Assembly (NCBI GenBank): GCA_002429375.1
Contig: DIZP01000036.1
Coordinates: forward strand, 1 to 33,174
DNA from: a bacterium UBA6025
GTDB taxonomy: Bacteria; Patescibacteriota; Saccharimonadia; Saccharimonadales; Saccharimonadaceae
Direction of reading: 5' to 3'
DNA length: 33,174 nucleotides
The translations under genes were made by a program, and so were the position numbers. The notes beneath the pieces were generated by a model. The model had not been told where the DNA came from, did no database searches, and worked only from the letters and a program-made list of their open reading frames with translations. The stretch's first letter is position 1; every line of letters starts with the position of its first letter. Shown here in pieces: positions 30,235 through 33,174 of the stretch.

Positions 30235-31185
30235 ATGAAAAAAATCAGCATTCTGGTTCCCGCTTACAACGAAGAAGAAGTTTTAGAGGCGCTGTACCAA
30301 CGTCTTGGCAAGCTAGCCAACGACAACAAATCATACGACTTTGAGTTTTTATTCGTCAACGATGGTAGCCGCGACAAAACACTCGAAATCATCCAGGATT
30401 ACGCCGAAAAAGACCAACGCATCGCCTATGTCAACCTGTCGCGCAACTTCGGCAAAGAAATCGCCATGATCGCCGGTCTGGACCACGTGACGGGTGACGC
30501 CACGGTGATTATCGATGCCGACTTGCAGGATCCACCAGAGTTAATCCCTCAAATGATCAAGTTTTGGGAAGACGGTTACGACGACGTTTATGCCAAACGT
30601 AATAGCCGTGCCGGTGAAACATGGCTGAAAAAAATAACCGCCAAAACGTACTACTGGTTACTTCAAAAAACGACCCGGATCACCCTTCAGCCCAATACCG
30701 GCGATTTTAGGCTACTCGATCGACGTTGCGTCGAGGCACTGAAGCAAATTCGCGAGTCGCAACGCTACACCAAAGGGATGTTCAGCTGGATCGGCTACAA
30801 AAAGAAAGAGGTCACCTACGACCGCGACCCCCGATTAGCCGGCGACATCAAACAGAACTATTCAATTCTGATTGACTTGGCGATTGACGGCCTGACCTCG
30901 TTTACCACCGCGCCGCTGCGCCTATCGTCGCTCCTGGGCGGGGTCGTCTCGGTGGCAGCCTTTGTCTACATCATCTACCTCGTCGCCCGGACTATTATTT
31001 TCGGCATCGACCTGGCGGGTTATCCTTCGACAATGGCCGTCATCCTATTCCTGGGTGGCGTCCAGCTGTTGTCGCTGGGCATCATTGGCGAATACATCGG
31101 CCGAATTTTTAACGAAACCAAGCAACGACCGTTATATTTTGTAGAAGAGTACCACCATGGAAAAATTGATAAAAAAACACGCTGA
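30235..31185 (+). CDS. GtrB/YkoT-like bactoprenol glycosyltransferase (GT2)
   Basis: VPAYNEE, NDGSRD, LSRNFGKE.AM.AG, DADLQDPPE and GIIGEYIGRIF.E.K.RP.Y. Confidence 0.92.
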   Translation: MKKISILVPAYNEEEVLEALYQRLGKLANDNKSYDFEFLFVNDGSRDKTLEIIQDYAEKDQRIAYVNLSRNFGKEIAMIAGLDHVTGDATVIIDADLQDPPELIPQMIKFWEDGYDDVYAKRNSRAGETWLKKITAKTYYWLLQKTTRITLQPNTGDFRLLDRRCVEALKQIRESQRYTKGMFSWIGYKKKEVTYDRDPRLAGDIKQNYSILIDLAIDGLTSFTTAPLRLSSLLGGVVSVAAFVYIIYLVARTIIFGIDLAGYPSTMAVILFLGGVQLLSLGIIGEYIGRIFNETKQRPLYFVEEYHHGKIDKKTR

Positions 31186-31579
31186 GAAACTACGCTTCGG
31201 GGTGGTTGGTGGCGCCAATACGGCAATTGATTTTGGTATTTTGTTTACTCTGGTGTTCCTTGGTTTTGATAGAATTGCCAGTAACTTCGTTTCAACGACA
31301 ATCGCCTTTGTGTTTAGCTTCTTCGTTAACCGCTCCTTTACCTTTAAGTCAAAAGCCGGCAACACCAAGAAGCAATTCGGTCTCTTCCTGGTCATTACCC
31401 TGTTTGGATTGTGGGTTATTCAGCCGATTATTATCACCGGGGTTGCCTGGATGATAAGTAATCTAGGTATTCCGAACTCTATCGTGCTGTTTATCGGTAA
31501 ACTGCTAGCCACCCTCGTGACGCTGGTTTGGAATTACGTGCTGTACGCCAAATATGTTTTCAAGAAAGATGAGGTCTAA
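31157..31579 (+). CDS. GtrA-family protein
   Basis: RFGVVGGANTAIDF, NRSFTF and WNY.L...VF motifs; four TM helices. Confidence 0.88.
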   Translation: MEKLIKKHAEKLRFGVVGGANTAIDFGILFTLVFLGFDRIASNFVSTTIAFVFSFFVNRSFTFKSKAGNTKKQFGLFLVITLFGLWVIQPIIITGVAWMISNLGIPNSIVLFIGKLLATLVTLVWNYVLYAKYVFKKDEV

Positions 31580-32673
31580 TGCATATTGTCATCGATGCCC
31601 GCATCATCAACTCCTCAACCGGGCGCTACGTCGAACGCCTGCTTCATTACCTGCAAGAGGTCGATGACCTCAACACCTACACCGTCCTAGTACCGTCCAA
31701 AGATAAAGAGTTCTGGACCCCAACGGCCGACAACTTCACCGTCAAAACAGCCGATTTTGCCAACTATTCGTTCGCCGAGCAAATCGGTTTCAAAAAGTTC
31801 CTCGACCAGCTGGAGCCGGACTTGGTGCACTTTTGTATGCCCCAGCAACCAATCTTTTACCGCGGCACTAAAGTCACCACTTTTCATGACTTAAGTCTAC
31901 TTAACACCTATAATTCAGACAAAAACTGGCTCATCTTCCACGCCAAACAACTAGTGGGCAAATTTGTCTTTAAACGGGTCGCGAAAACAAGTAATCAGAT
32001 TATTACCCCCAGTGAATTTACTAAAAAAGAACTGCTTGAGTTTAGTGGTGTTTGGCCAAATAAGGTGACGGTGACGTACGAAGCGGCCGATGTCTCGATT
32101 GACACGTTAGAGCCATACACACATCCGTTTAAACACTTTATCTTGTACGTTGGGCAACAGAGTGATTACAAGAATATCCGGCGACTGGGCGATGCTCACC
32201 AACGCCTGATTAAGAAATATCCTGACTTAGGACTAATTTTAGTGGGTAGCAAGAACGCCAGCGCCCTCAAAAATGAAGCTTATTTTACCGAGCGTCACTA
32301 CAAAAATATCCTCTTCACCGGTTTTGTCGAAGATTCGCAGCGCGACTGGCTCTACACCAAGGCTGCTGCCTACGTCTTTCCGTCACTGATGGAAGGTTTC
32401 GGCCTCCCGGGCTTGGAAGCGATGGGTTACGGCGCGCCGGTCGTCAGTAGCAACGCCACTTGCCTGCCCGAAGTCTACGGTCATGCCGCCCACTATTTCA
32501 ACCCGAACGACACCACCGATATGGCGCGGGCGATCGACGAAATCCTGTCTAACGACCTGTTGAGAAACGAAATGATCAAAGAAGGTTATGCCCAGCTCAA
32601 AAAATATTCATGGTTACGCATGGCGCAGCAGACACACGAGGTCTATGTGAAGGCTTTAAAAACTAAGAACTAG
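31579..32673 (+). CDS. Glycosyltransferase family 4 (MtfB-like)
   Basis: IDAR...GRY, TFHDL and FPSLMEGFGLPGLEAM.YG.PV motifs. Confidence 0.9.
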   Translation: MHIVIDARIINSSTGRYVERLLHYLQEVDDLNTYTVLVPSKDKEFWTPTADNFTVKTADFANYSFAEQIGFKKFLDQLEPDLVHFCMPQQPIFYRGTKVTTFHDLSLLNTYNSDKNWLIFHAKQLVGKFVFKRVAKTSNQIITPSEFTKKELLEFSGVWPNKVTVTYEAADVSIDTLEPYTHPFKHFILYVGQQSDYKNIRRLGDAHQRLIKKYPDLGLILVGSKNASALKNEAYFTERHYKNILFTGFVEDSQRDWLYTKAAAYVFPSLMEGFGLPGLEAMGYGAPVVSSNATCLPEVYGHAAHYFNPNDTTDMARAIDEILSNDLLRNEMIKEGYAQLKKYSWLRMAQQTHEVYVKALKTKN

Positions 32674-33124
32674 CTTGGGCGATGGTGATCTTTCGGTCGC
32701 GGCCTTCACCCTCGGAGAACGTCATAATATCGCTATACTCGCTGGCGACGTGGTGGACGATTCGCCGATCGGCGGCATTCAGGCTGGCAACGTAGGAATC
32801 ACCGGTGCGACGGACTTCGGCTATCCACAGACGGGCTTGCTCGGCAACGCGTTCAGCGCGCTGTTTTTTGTAATCGGCGATGTCGATATTCACCCGGGTC
32901 AAGCCGGCTTCTTGGTTGCGGAGGACGGTCGAGACGATGTATTGCAGGCTACGGAGGGTTTCGGCGTTACGGCCAATCAATAGGCTGTTCAGTTCGCTTG
33001 ACGGCACCGAGAGTTCGATGACATCTTCGTCACAGGTGGAATGAACGGTCAGGTTCGCCCCAAAGAATGATAAGAGATCCTCTAAGTACTTTTGCGCGAA
33101 TTGAATTGATTGTTCTTTGTCCAT
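32663..33124 (-). CDS. jag: Jag/KhpB-like RNA-binding protein (KH + R3H), lacking the Jag N-terminal domain
   Basis: LIGRNAETLRSLQY, DRRIVH and SEGEGRDR motifs. Confidence 0.85.
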   Translation of the reverse strand: MDKEQSIQFAQKYLEDLLSFFGANLTVHSTCDEDVIELSVPSSELNSLLIGRNAETLRSLQYIVSTVLRNQEAGLTRVNIDIADYKKQRAERVAEQARLWIAEVRRTGDSYVASLNAADRRIVHHVASEYSDIMTFSEGEGRDRKITIAQASS

Positions 33125-33126
33125 AC

Positions 33127-33174
33127 CTACTCCTTCTTCTTTGATTTTTTAGGAGCCCCGTCTTTGGCGGTAAT
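33127..33174 (-). CDS. 3' end of an upstream gene, possibly yidC (from gene order only)
   Basis: Open frame ITAKDGAPKKSKKKE* ends 2 nt before the jag ATG; yidC commonly precedes jag. Confidence 0.4.
   Translation of the reverse strand: MTAKDGAPKKSKKKE

Overview
This window holds a ~33-kb cell-surface glycan biosynthesis locus. It most likely comes from a Patescibacteria/CPR genome (Saccharibacteria-like pilin and secreted proteins, TGA used as stop); the taxonomy is inferred, not searched. It encodes many GT2/GT4 glycosyltransferases, two GT-C-like membrane proteins, GtrA/GtrB-type pairs, glmS, the dTDP-rhamnose pathway (rfbB, fused rfbC-rfbD, rfbA) and a type IV pilin with a discoidin-like domain. 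An AT-richer block carries Wzm/Wzt, methyltransferases and RgpF/WbsX-type proteins, and jag/khpB lies at the right end. The most unusual signal is a pair of ~430-bp non-coding, highly structured elements flanking a sucC-sucD pair. Their outer arms are in direct orientation but their ~360-bp cores are inverted relative to each other, and their stems show compensatory changes. Also notable are an unannotated 35-codon nucleotidyltransferase remnant upstream of the cytidylyltransferase-glmS unit, a one-heptad tandem duplication in the coiled coil of a WbdD/WsaE-like methyltransferase, and a 13-bp direct repeat bracketing the pilin gene.
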